From Leptospiraceae bacterium (GTDB lineage Bacteria > Spirochaetota > Leptospiria > Leptospirales > Leptonemataceae), in the NCBI GenBank assembly GCA_040217195.1, contig JAVJNR010000003.1, positions 544,001 to 608,000 on the forward strand: a stretch of DNA of 64,000 nucleotides, given 5' to 3'. The translations under genes and the position numbers were made by a program. The notes under the pieces are model-generated. The model ran no database searches. It saw nothing but the letters and a program-made list of their open reading frames with translations, and was not told the origin of the DNA. Below, piece after piece: positions 1 through 10,000 of this stretch (position 1 is the first letter of the stretch; every line of letters begins with the position of its first letter).

Positions 1-280
1 GCTCAATCATTTTCGCCGATGCATCCACGCCGACGAGACTAACCGTTCCTGGAAACTTCTTTCGTGCCAGCAGTAATAATTCTCCGGTACCACATCCAAT
101 ATCCAGTACATCGTTTACAGTCAGTGAATCGGGCAATAAATCCAGTATACTCTCCTGAAGTCTATTTCCATTGCCCGGATACAGAAGCGAGGCCAGCCAG
201 TCATATAGGCGCGGCCAGGAAATAGTACGCCCCTCGGTTATTCTCTTTTCCGAAACAATTTCAGGACTTTTAACTACCAT
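1..280 (-). CDS. Class I SAM-dependent methyltransferase (5' part; runs off the window edge)
   Basis: Not in the ORF track. Manual translation from ATG at 280 (GGAG upstream) gives MVVKSPEIVSEKR...NDVLDIGCGTGELL...SLVGVDASAKMIE, containing SAM-binding motif I (VLDIGCGTG) and the post-I acidic motif (GVD). Confidence 0.85.
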   Translation of the reverse strand, partial: MVVKSPEIVSEKRITEGRTISWPRLYDWLASLLYPGNGNRLQESILDLLPDSLTVNDVLDIGCGTGELLLLARKKFPGTVSLVGVDASAKMIE

Positions 281-321
281 TTTCTTCTCCTCAGACTATG
301 CCCTGCCGTTCGCTGCGCCGC

Positions 322-356
322 TTGACACTTTTCTCACAGATGAGCACCATGTTCAT
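322..356 (+). promoter_or_regulatory. Candidate sigma70 promoter overlapped by a possible TetR operator
   Basis: TTGACA at 322-327, 17 bp spacer, CACCAT at 345-350. Imperfect inverted repeat ATGAGCA-cca-TGTTCAT at 340-356, between the divergent methyltransferase and tetR genes. Confidence 0.35.
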
Positions 357-456
357 TAGCTTATAATACTTTCAGCCCCGTTGCAACATACATTCTAATG
401 GCAATGTCCGAAAGTGAACATAATGGATTGGAAGTTCAACTTTCTGGGAGCATGCG

Positions 457-1020
457 ATGAAACCCGAAGATACGATACCGGAAGATCGACGAATTAAAAA
501 GACCTACCAGGCTCTTTCAGCCAGCTTAAGACATCTAATCGAAATAAAGGGTTATGATACTATTACTGTTCAGGAAATTCTGAAGCATGCGAATGTTGGT
601 AGGGCCACCTTCTATAATCATTTTCGCAGCAAAGATGATCTTCTGATGCAAGAAATGCATACTCTGGTGCATAGCTTGATGGATCCTCTGGAGAAGAATC
701 AGGGAGCCGCCTTTCTAGATGTAGTACTTCTCTTTGTGGAAGCAGAGAAGAATGCACCACTATTTAAAGAGATACTGGGAAACCGGGGCATTCCGGCCAT
801 CGCTAACGAAATTAGAGCCCATCTGGCTGTTCACATTCAAGAGCATCTCGAAATGCACTATTCCCTGGATTCAAAAGAGGTTCTGGTAGCCGCACAGTTT
901 CATGCTGGCGCCATTCTTCATTGCCTTAGCTGGTGGCTGGAAAACAACCGTCCTCGTTCCGCTCAGGAAATGGGAGACTTCCTTTCCAGACTGAGCATTG
1001 GCGGCCTCCAGGGTTCCTGA
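457..1020 (+). CDS. TetR/AcrR family transcriptional regulator
   Basis: N-terminal HTH (DRRIKKT...KGYDTITVQEILKHANVGRATFYNHF.SKDDLL) and a typical TetR C-terminal region (WWLEN...). Confidence 0.93.
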   Translation: MKPEDTIPEDRRIKKTYQALSASLRHLIEIKGYDTITVQEILKHANVGRATFYNHFRSKDDLLMQEMHTLVHSLMDPLEKNQGAAFLDVVLLFVEAEKNAPLFKEILGNRGIPAIANEIRAHLAVHIQEHLEMHYSLDSKEVLVAAQFHAGAILHCLSWWLENNRPRSAQEMGDFLSRLSIGGLQGS

Positions 1021-1145
1021 TAGGGCAGTCTTTTTGCCAGCCGTTATGACACGGAGCTTCAGGCGCTCCTGGCATGACGGCATGCAGGATGGTGCAACTG
1101 ATTCAGGGACTTTCTCGATCACAGAACATAGCCCGAGCCAATAGT

Positions 1146-1169
1146 CTCCCGGAAACAGTCCGGGTGCTC
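1146..1169. terminator. GC-rich hairpin between convergent genes (possible terminator or stabiliser)
   Basis: CCCGGA-aacag-TCCGGG at 1148-1164, just past the 3' end of the GyrI-like gene. A larger imperfect stem also lies at 1040-1081. No clear U-tract. Confidence 0.35.
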
Positions 1170-1182
1170 TAACCATATCCAA

Positions 1183-1803
1183 TCATTCATCGGCCGAACA
1201 AACCGGCTGTCGCAGAATTATCTTCCTCTTACCGGGCTCTGTGCGGGATGGATCGTTCAAATAGATTTCATGGTATGGGCCATTCACCGCTAGATTGTAA
1301 CCAGGCATATGCTCATTGTAGAGTTCCTTGCACAGTCCCGCAATCTGCGAATAGTCACCTACGTTTAATCTTTGAACGCTGCTGCCTTCATTTAGTACAG
1401 TAAGCGCGGGTCGATTTCCCAGCATTTCTCCCCATTTCGACTCTAACTCCTGCAATGCCTGAGAAAACCGGTCATCAGTGATCCAGTCCACCAGAACAAT
1501 CATCACCTTCCACTTCCATTGCTCCCGTCGGTTTTCTTTAAAGTCCATCGGATCGTCTGCCCAGAATATACATTCCAGAGGTGGCTCCACAAAGTTCTTG
1601 CCCATCTTTTCGCGAACCTCTGGTTTTATTAGATGCGCAATGGCATATAACCACTTCGCTGATTTCTGGAGTTCAGATTGTTCAGGGTCTCCCTTTCCTT
1701 CAATTGTCATATAGCGTATTTCCGGTACATCCACTTGAACAAAGCGATCCATCGGCGGCTTATAGAGCTCATTCAATCTATTGTGAAATTCTTCTACATT
1801 CAT
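1183..1803 (-). CDS. GyrI-like small-molecule-binding domain protein
   Basis: Motifs VDVPE..YMTIEGKGDP, VEPPLECIFW, W.WKVMI and YHEIYLNDP.RT.P.K.KIILRQPV match the Lin2189-type GyrI-like family. Confidence 0.88.
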   Translation of the reverse strand: MNVEEFHNRLNELYKPPMDRFVQVDVPEIRYMTIEGKGDPEQSELQKSAKWLYAIAHLIKPEVREKMGKNFVEPPLECIFWADDPMDFKENRREQWKWKVMIVLVDWITDDRFSQALQELESKWGEMLGNRPALTVLNEGSSVQRLNVGDYSQIAGLCKELYNEHMPGYNLAVNGPYHEIYLNDPSRTEPGKRKIILRQPVCSADE

Positions 1804-1884
1804 TCCAATTCTCCATTAACTGATTTCTAGATTTAGCAATATTTACTTATCAACTGACCATCACCCAGGATCAGAGGCTTAACT

Positions 1885-2499
1885 TCAGCTCCAGGGCCTG
1901 GTTTTCATGTATTCAGCGGTAGACTTCACCCATTCGTACTCCGATTTCAGCTGCCTTAATGCGAAATCAAACATAGCGTTCTCATAGTCCGGTAATGGTT
2001 GCTGATCCAGCTGTAGCCGTTCCAGGCGCTCTCTTTCATCCCTTAATGCCAGAAGCCGATCCTGTAATGCATCCAATGCCTCCTCCTTCGAAAGATAGGA
2101 CCAGTGCTTCAGTGCCTTTGTAAGCGATGAATGGTTGGGAGAAAGAGACCTTAAAGAGTGCAAAGTCTGCTTTTTTAAGACCTGGAGCCCTTTCGGTAAA
2201 ACCTGGAATACCTTGCGATCTTTAGAGTTCTTTACGGGTCTCTTCCCGGAGCCAGGGGAAGCTTTTCTGGTGGCCCTCGGGCCTGCATCTTCACCTCCCC
2301 TGCTCTTCTGCACTTTTATAAGGGCTCTATTTTCTAGCTTCCCCAGCAAATAGTATATGGACGAGAATCCTATGGGAGTCCATTCGCGCATCATGCGCTG
2401 CTCTATGATTTGCTCCAATTCGTAGCCATGCCGGGGCATTTCAGCTACCAGGCCCAGAACCATTAGCTCTGTATCGCTGATTTCAGGAAGTATATCCAT
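1885..2499 (-). CDS. PadR family transcriptional regulator
   Basis: LGLVAE.PRHGYELEQ...SSIYYLLGKLE...RKVFQV...G winged HTH, followed by a C-terminal coiled coil ending in EYEW. Confidence 0.92.
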   Translation of the reverse strand: MDILPEISDTELMVLGLVAEMPRHGYELEQIIEQRMMREWTPIGFSSIYYLLGKLENRALIKVQKSRGGEDAGPRATRKASPGSGKRPVKNSKDRKVFQVLPKGLQVLKKQTLHSLRSLSPNHSSLTKALKHWSYLSKEEALDALQDRLLALRDERERLERLQLDQQPLPDYENAMFDFALRQLKSEYEWVKSTAEYMKTRPWS

Positions 2500-2588
2500 T
2501 AGTATCCAATCTCAATTCGAATCCTCTTGCCTGGACGTTTTCCCTGGCTGCTTCTTCTTGCGGTTATGGATCGGAATCCTCCCCGAAA

Positions 2589-2715
2589 TAATCTAATACT
2601 TGAATAAATGAGCCCGGAGCGATGAGAAACCAACCATACATCTATCCTAGTGCTAGAATAGATTGATTCTGGCGATACATCCAGGCAACAACAATGTTAT
2701 TCTAGTGCTAGAATA
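2589..2715. promoter_or_regulatory. Three phased palindromic operator sites (TATTCTAG-N2-CTAGAATA) upstream of padR
   Basis: Perfect copy at 2698-2715, a 1-mismatch copy at 2643-2660 (extends to 2640-2663) and a 3-mismatch copy at 2589-2606. Start-to-start spacing is 54 and 55 bp. Confidence 0.7.
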
Positions 2716-2927
2716 TTGCTGTTTTTTTCAATTCCTTAATCCCAACGCACTATGGAACCTTCCCGGAATCAGGGACGATGGATAAGCCGGAGAGTCTCTA
2801 GATGCCCCGGCTGGCCGGCGAATAACCAGAGTATGACTTCAACAGTGCATCTGGACAAATCATTGAAAGGCAACGATATTTGAATCCCCTTGACAGATAT
2901 AGCTAACTAACGGTCATTATACCTATT

Positions 2928-3638
2928 GTGCGACTATCTCTGCTGATCCTTGCACTGTTCTCGGTGTTTCATCTGGCCTGCTGGGCTCATCCGGCCTTCC
3001 AGACTCTAGAATCAGACGACGAAGACTCAGACCTGGTACTTGCCATTCTTCAGGCCAATGCAGCCAGCGCGGCGGACAGCGCACCTCTACTCCTCTTTCG
3101 TACTGCCATAAATTATCCGGCTAACATGCAAGGTGGCGGAGGTGGAGTAAACGAGGCAGATGCCATTTGTCAGGCAGAAGCTATGGACGCTGCCTTTCCA
3201 GGAACGTTCAAAGCACTTCTAGGAACCCAGACAACTGCTGCCATTCCTCGATTCGCCTGTATTAATGCAAACTGTGATCCTTCAGATCCGGACGACCATA
3301 CAAACTGGGTACTCGGAGCGAATCGCACCTATTTGCGTGCCGAGGATATGGCATTGATCGGTACCACCACATCCCAGCGCATATTTTCATTTCCTCTAAC
3401 CAATCCATTTACTTCGCTGCCACCGTCCAAATGGCATTGGGGCGGTATCCATTCCACCTGGCAAACTCTGGGCCCTGCTCCCGGAGTCGGTGGATCGCAG
3501 AATGATGCAAATGGCTGGACCGAGCAGAGCAACGGCTGGATTGCCTACTCCCACTCGACTTCTACCCAGGCACTTTACACAGGCACCATTGCAGGCTACA
3601 ACAATTCGAATATGCATTTGATATGCGTCCAGCAGTGA
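2928..3638 (+). CDS. DUF1554 domain-containing exported protein (Leptospira endostatin-like, Len-type)
   Basis: Signal peptide with LAC lipobox-like site; ADAICQ, FKALL, R.AC...NC, NWVL.ANRTY.R, IGTT...IFSFPL and terminal LICVQQ match DUF1554. Confidence 0.8.
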   Translation: MRLSLLILALFSVFHLACWAHPAFQTLESDDEDSDLVLAILQANAASAADSAPLLLFRTAINYPANMQGGGGGVNEADAICQAEAMDAAFPGTFKALLGTQTTAAIPRFACINANCDPSDPDDHTNWVLGANRTYLRAEDMALIGTTTSQRIFSFPLTNPFTSLPPSKWHWGGIHSTWQTLGPAPGVGGSQNDANGWTEQSNGWIAYSHSTSTQALYTGTIAGYNNSNMHLICVQQ

Positions 3639-3695
3639 AAGACCTCGAAACCAGCAGAAATAAGAAGCGTTGACAACCGAGCCCCGGACAAGGCT

Positions 3696-4322
3696 GTGCT
3701 AGTCATGTCCCAGGAAATTCAATTTAGACCAGCCAATTCTCAGGATGCGAAAACCATCGCCCCGCTAGTCTACAGTTCCGGTCCGTCTGCATTCGATTAC
3801 ATTTTTTCACACAACACCAGTTTGAGTGCACTCCAATTCCTGGAGAAGACTCTGCAACGTCCCGGCGGTGAGTTTGGGTTCAGGAATCACCGGGTTGCTG
3901 AATTAGATAATGAGGTTGTAGGTGTGGCCACATCATTCACCGGTAAAGACTCCCTTTCCTTTATGCTCGTAGCCATAGGGCAGATTCTAAGACATTACGG
4001 CCCAGGGGCTCCCGGTGTCATGCGAAGAGGTCTTCAAGTGGAATCCATGATAGTTCCACCTGACAGGGAAGAGTTTTGCATCGCGCACGTAGGCGTATCG
4101 CCGCTTCATCGAAACAAGGGAATTGGCAGAATATTGATGCAGCATATGATCAAAAAAGGTAAAAACTCTCGATGTTCCCGAATCATTCTAGACGTATCCG
4201 CAGAAAATCCAGCAGCCCTGAGCCTCTACGAATCTCTGGGTTTTCATGTCAAAGAAAAGAGAGCATCCAGATTTTCGAACTCGACTGCAACATTGTCCGA
4301 CCACCTGAGAATGGAACTTTAG
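3696..4322 (+). CDS. GNAT family N-acetyltransferase
   Basis: Acetyl-CoA motif IAHVGVSPLHRNKGIG and LDV..EN..A.SLYE.LGF. The true start may be ATG 3705. Confidence 0.9.
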   Translation: MLVMSQEIQFRPANSQDAKTIAPLVYSSGPSAFDYIFSHNTSLSALQFLEKTLQRPGGEFGFRNHRVAELDNEVVGVATSFTGKDSLSFMLVAIGQILRHYGPGAPGVMRRGLQVESMIVPPDREEFCIAHVGVSPLHRNKGIGRILMQHMIKKGKNSRCSRIILDVSAENPAALSLYESLGFHVKEKRASRFSNSTATLSDHLRMEL

Positions 4323-4435
4323 GATTCTTTAAATCATTGATGAATGAGCCTGCCTGAGATTGCTTTTGACTTGCAAGGCCGGGAATCATTCATAGTTTAA
4401 CCTTAAATTTTTATAAACTATCCGAAGAGGAACCA

Positions 4436-6868
4436 ATGCCTGCAAAGAAACTATCTGTTGAAAGCCTGGAGAAACAGTGGAACGTAACGCTTCCCGAAAG
4501 ACTGAAGGAGTTTTTTTCTTCAGGAGAATGGAAAGAATACGAGGGAAAAAGTGCCAGCAATCTCTATGGTTTTTCCAGCGATGTAAAGGCTCAGATTTCT
4601 TTTTCCGATCGCAGCGAACTCAAAGACAAGTATGAATATAGCGAGGAGATGCTGGTTCGTAAGAGTTTCTGGCCCCTGTGCGATATTGTTAATCTCGATG
4701 GTTCCTTCTATATGGCAGTAGATCTGAATCAAAAGAAGCTGCCGGTTCTATTTTTTGACTACGAAAGCGGCTTCCAGAATCACTCCAAATCCCTGGAAGA
4801 GTTTCTGGGTAGTCTTCTGGCAGCGGATGAAAAAACCAAAGCAGAGCTAGTAAAGGAACTTCATGCAAATGCCAGAAAGCTCTATGATGCAGATAAATAC
4901 AGCGAATGCATTCAGATAATCGAAAAAGGACTTTCGGAACTGGGAGAAATGTCCTTTGATATCCTCGATCACTTCAAAGATCTCCCCTCCGCATTGTTAA
5001 ACTTAAAGGCGCTATGCTTCAAGAATCTGAAAGATTACGAGAAGGCCATCCCAATTTTTGAGCAGGCGGCCGCCGATGGGCAGAAGCATGCAGCTTTGAA
5101 CCTGATGGGCATCTATCTGGAACAGATGGATTACAAAAAACTGGTCGAGTATGCAGATTACATAGTTCCCAAACTACTGATGCTCTGGGACGATTACTGC
5201 GCTTATTTTTCCTTCCTGTATCGAGGACTGGCCTATTCTCACCTGGATAATCGAAAGGAAGCCACCAAATACTTTGGTTTCATAGCCACCCGGTATATTG
5301 ACAACTCTGAACGGATGGAGCAGGCAATACGAAGACTTAAAGAGGAGAAAGAAGATAGCAAGAATACGGAAATCTTTGAGCTAATCCTGTCCTGGATGGA
5401 TCGGGAGGTACCGGAGCCATCGCCGGAAAGATCTAGAGAACTTCTCGATTGGTGGAAAGCCCTTTCTACAGAACTAAAAGAGGGTCTGTCCGAACTAATA
5501 GACAAGAATGCCAAAAAGGTAACAGCTCTGGACCTGGAACTAATGCTTCGCCGGACGGAGCTGGATCTCAGCATTTCGGAAGCCGGGGATCTAAGCTGGA
5601 TAAAACCTTTTCAAAGACTTCGCACTCTGTCGTTGGAGAATTGCAATATCAGCGATCTATCACCGCTGAACAGTCCCTGGCTCAAGAAGTTGAAACTCGG
5701 CGGCAATCCACTGAAGAATCTTGCGACTATCGCCCAGTTCAAGCACATGGAGGACCTGGATCTTTCTGATACAGGAATTTCTGATCTCAGCCCTCTCTCG
5801 GCGCTCACAAATCTTCGAGAGCTGAAACTCGATGATAATAAGATACAATCTGTGGCCCCCCTGGCCAGCCTGAAGGAGCTGAAAGAGCTGGACATCTATG
5901 ATAATCGCATTACAGACCTTAATCCACTGAAAGATAATCTAATGCTTAAAGAGATTTCCTGCTTTTCGAATCCGCTGGAAGAAATCGGCTTCTCCAGCGT
6001 AGAAGACCTGCGTCACCTTCCATTACTTAAAGAAATTGAGCCCCACTGGGATGAAGATCCGTCGCAGAAGGATATGGAAAAATGGCATGAAGCGAGACCC
6101 TGGGAACTACCGTTAAGCGATGGTGAATATCAGGACTGGTGGCAATGGTGGACTTCCCTTTCGCCGGAGTGGAAGCAGGCCCTGGAGGGCGAAATTGATG
6201 AAATGGACGGCGAAGTACCTACAGCAGAAAGCTTTCAGGAATTAAGATCGGAAGGCCATTTCTCCCTTTCCAGGAAGGACCTGAAAGATCTGGAGCCCCT
6301 CAAGAGGCTCATACGAGCAGACTGGGTATCCGTTCGTAAGAACGGCATTGAGGTAATTCCAGACCTTTCCTCTCTAGGATGCTTACGAAGCCTGAGCCTG
6401 GAAGAAAATAGCATCAAGGATCTGGCCCCATTGCAGAAGATTCCTTATCTGGCCTACGTAGACCTCTCCAACAATGCTCTGGAAGGGGAACTGGATCTGC
6501 CGGCCCTGGCCTATCTACGAAATCTGGATCTAAATCATAATAAGTTAACAGGTATTAAATGCATTTCAGCCCAGCAAGGCCTGCGAAGACTGGAATTGAT
6601 CGACAATGAAATCGAGGATGTTAGCCCTATTGCGGAATTAACGGAACTGCGTGAGCTATTTATTCAACAAAATAAAATAACGGATATATCGGCCCTGGCT
6701 AAATGCGATAACCTTGAAGAGCTGGTAGTATTTGGAAATCCAGATATGACGGGGCTGCTGGCTCTTAAGGACCTACCCTATCTGTATAAGGTTCGCGCTC
6801 ATGGTGCTTTTTCGCAGGAAGAGGCAGATGAATTCAGACAGATGAGACCGGATGTAGATCTACTCTGA
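4436..6868 (+). CDS. SMI1/KNR4 (SUKH) - TPR - leucine-rich repeat protein
   Basis: N-terminal LEKQWNVTLPERLKEFF...AVDL...PVLFFDYE...SLEEFL is SUKH-like. TPR helices at aa ~135-300. Two blocks of internalin-type LRRs (L..L.L..N.I.D..PL). GAGGA RBS upstream. Confidence 0.85.
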   Translation: MPAKKLSVESLEKQWNVTLPERLKEFFSSGEWKEYEGKSASNLYGFSSDVKAQISFSDRSELKDKYEYSEEMLVRKSFWPLCDIVNLDGSFYMAVDLNQKKLPVLFFDYESGFQNHSKSLEEFLGSLLAADEKTKAELVKELHANARKLYDADKYSECIQIIEKGLSELGEMSFDILDHFKDLPSALLNLKALCFKNLKDYEKAIPIFEQAAADGQKHAALNLMGIYLEQMDYKKLVEYADYIVPKLLMLWDDYCAYFSFLYRGLAYSHLDNRKEATKYFGFIATRYIDNSERMEQAIRRLKEEKEDSKNTEIFELILSWMDREVPEPSPERSRELLDWWKALSTELKEGLSELIDKNAKKVTALDLELMLRRTELDLSISEAGDLSWIKPFQRLRTLSLENCNISDLSPLNSPWLKKLKLGGNPLKNLATIAQFKHMEDLDLSDTGISDLSPLSALTNLRELKLDDNKIQSVAPLASLKELKELDIYDNRITDLNPLKDNLMLKEISCFSNPLEEIGFSSVEDLRHLPLLKEIEPHWDEDPSQKDMEKWHEARPWELPLSDGEYQDWWQWWTSLSPEWKQALEGEIDEMDGEVPTAESFQELRSEGHFSLSRKDLKDLEPLKRLIRADWVSVRKNGIEVIPDLSSLGCLRSLSLEENSIKDLAPLQKIPYLAYVDLSNNALEGELDLPALAYLRNLDLNHNKLTGIKCISAQQGLRRLELIDNEIEDVSPIAELTELRELFIQQNKITDISALAKCDNLEELVVFGNPDMTGLLALKDLPYLYKVRAHGAFSQEEADEFRQMRPDVDLL

Positions 6869-7047
6869 TCCATGTTTCGAGCTCTCTTTTGGAAAACCAG
6901 AAAATCGCTCTAGTTTCCGGCTGCCCATGAGCCTGCTGCCATAGTTACCCCCCGGCAAAAGTGATTCTAATCCCGGTTCCCAGAAACTGGAGTGATTCGA
7001 ATTCTAGAGCGTCTGAATGAAATTGTCAGCCAAACCATCGAATGCCT

Positions 7048-10000
7048 CTACTCAGACCCGGCTGCAGCCGATCGTATTCCCTGATTCTGCAAAATTTCTT
7101 GAATAAGGGCACTATTGGCACCTTTATCCCTGGCATGAATTGCATATTGAAGGGCCTTTTCCGCATTATCTATCTTGTAATGACACTCGGCGATATTCGC
7201 AATGTACATCGCTTCATTCGGGACTTCAGAAGCGGCCCTTTCGAAATAGGGAATAGCTCGGGCCGGCTCCTTGAGCTCATCGTAAGCACAGCCGGTCAAG
7301 TTATACAATCTGGCAAGCCCGGCCCGATCGCCGGTGGCCTTCTGGTAGAAATCCTCTGCCTGAACCAGATAGGCCTGAACACCTTTTTCCAGCCAGATTA
7401 ACCGAGCCTTTAGAAAATATGCCTGTCCCATGGAAGAGTCCATGGAAAGAACTGCATCGCATTTCTGATTGGCCTGCAAATAATTCTTTTCTTTAACATC
7501 ATTCCAGGCAGATTGCAGTAAGGACAGCAACCCTTTCTGTCGCAAATCCCGGAAGCTTTCATTCTCTGGCAATCGATGCTTCTGTTTATCAAGTGCCTCA
7601 AAAAGCATGGTCGAGGATTCAGCTATGGACGGATCCTGCAGAATGCGCGAAAGTACGTAATCCAGAAATCGCAGCGCCATGGTTAGATCTGAAGAATACT
7701 CCTCTGATTCAATTTGCAGGTTCTGCACCAGTGCAGCCAGAACTCTGGCCTGGTATTTCTCTCGATTGCCTGACTCTTTCTCTCCAAGGTCAAGAAATCT
7801 GGACCACAGTGTTTCCCAGGATTTCTTGTAGGGCTCTGGTTTCCATAGAGGATCATATAAAGGTAATCCATCCCCTTTTTCTATGAGACCTAATCGTTCA
7901 TTCATGGCCTGACACTTCAACGTTCTTTCAAGACGAAGAGCAAACACCTCGGCATCCTCTGTATCATCGTCTCTGCCAAAGCTAAAGGATGTGCTTTCAA
8001 GATAATCCCTAGCGCCCCGGTTATGCTCCTCCAGAAAAGAGATGGAGGGCGGTTCGCCCAGAGTTGTCAGCATTTGCCAGTAAGGTGCAAGAGTATCTAC
8101 ATTGTTTCTTGCCTCCGTTAGCTGCTGCAGCTTCTTGCGAATCAATTCAGCATGAGGCTTAAGAAGTTTATCCGGCACCAGGGAAAGGTCTGGATACTGA
8201 AGACCACCTGGGGCATCTCCTCTGAATTGATAATAATGGAAATAAGGATCCTCCAGCGTTTTCTGCACATAGTTCTGTAAAGCCGGATGATTCCATTGTT
8301 GCAATCTAAAGGCCAGTATTGCACCTAAATCTCCTCCAATCTCTGCCAGAGTTGCCTTTAGTATGGACAGCTCCAGATCGTCTGGTTCGTCTTTCCACAG
8401 ACGCGAAAGCAAAATGAAAAAGTAGTTTGGATTGATATCATCCTTCTTAACAGGCAGCAATTCGCTTAAATCAGCCTGTCGAACCCGGGTAGCATCAAGC
8501 TCTGGAAGATGTCCGGTTATTCCAGCAAAGAAAATACGCCTGACCAGTTCTTCATCTTTGATTCGAGAGATGGCCCGCACGGCGGCCAGAGGAATATCAA
8601 AAGAATCATCCCCGCCATCCGGTGATTCCTCAAGGGAAATATTCAGGAGCTCCTGAAGCACTTCATCATTGTCCAGTGCTTCCTCTCGTAGAGAGTTCCA
8701 TAAGTTCTTATTCTTCGTAGCCAGAATTTCACGAGCTGACTGTGGCACCGAGGCGTTTTCTGTTGCTGCGCGCAACGGTTCCCATTTTCGCCCCTTAACT
8801 GTAATCTCCGAAAAGTAGGGATCTGCCAGAGCGACGCTATCAGGAATTCTTCGGGCAATACTTACCATCACACGACCTGCAGCCCATTCCAGAACTAGCT
8901 TATGAGATAGAAAGAATTTGGCCAGGCCTTCCGGATCCGCCTGCACAATCGTACCATCTTGAAAATCCGGCAAATCTCTGGAGTAAAAGAGATGCTTTTC
9001 AACCAGGGGCTGTGCATTCACGGAGGGAATACTTGATGGTGCAATCAAGCGAAACTCTGCGCCATAAGATTCCAGCACTACCGACAGACCGCCGATGGGC
9101 GATGTGGAGTTCTCTGATTCCTGAAACTCAACTAGTATATTCTCTATCGCTTCTTCCAGGACTCTCTGAGCATTCCGGGTGGGTTTCTGGATAACCGGCA
9201 TGCTCGTATAGAATCGGATTTCGTCGCGACTAACAGTGACCAGGTTATCTTCGCAGAGCATGTTACTCAGTGGATAGACACTACGGGTCGGAAACTCCCT
9301 CTCCTTATCCATTACGTTTCGCCAGATCTTGACTGTTGCTTGATTTTCTTCCGGGGCTATCACCTGTCGCAACAACCCCATAGAATCTCCGGAGGCAAAC
9401 AGCCCGGGAATTTCGATTTCGGATCCATCGGCTCCGTCTCTCTGGAAGACCCGGAGCGCGGCATGGTCCCGGCAAATATAATCAACGGGCACAGGACGCA
9501 CTGGGTCGCTTATATCATACAAATAGTCCGCCAGCATGAAGTGATCCCAGTAGGAAATATGGTGAGGTTCAGAGCTGGAAAATGGCGCCATACGACTCTT
9601 ACACTCAGGAGAGGACGGATTCGAAATATCAAAACAAATAACGTCATTTGAACCAACATAGAGTGTATTTCCATGACCTGAAATGAAGTACACAGAATTA
9701 CCAGACCGCTGAAACAATGTCCGCGATAGAGGTTTTTCGCAGGATTCTCCAATAAGAAAAACCTCCAGGGCCGGTCCCGCAATAGCGTATAGATGCCCTT
9801 CGTGCACTCCAAGGGCCGTGTATCGGGATTCTCGATTCGAATTACCGTAGGCAGCAGTCAATTCGAATGAATCATTTCCCAGGCTATACTCCAAGATCTG
9901 GATTCCGTCATACCGCATAACGAATATTTGATCTTCGAATAAACAAAAGGAATACTCAGCTTCGTTTTCCAGAGCGATGGTTTGGATCGTATTCAGGGAT

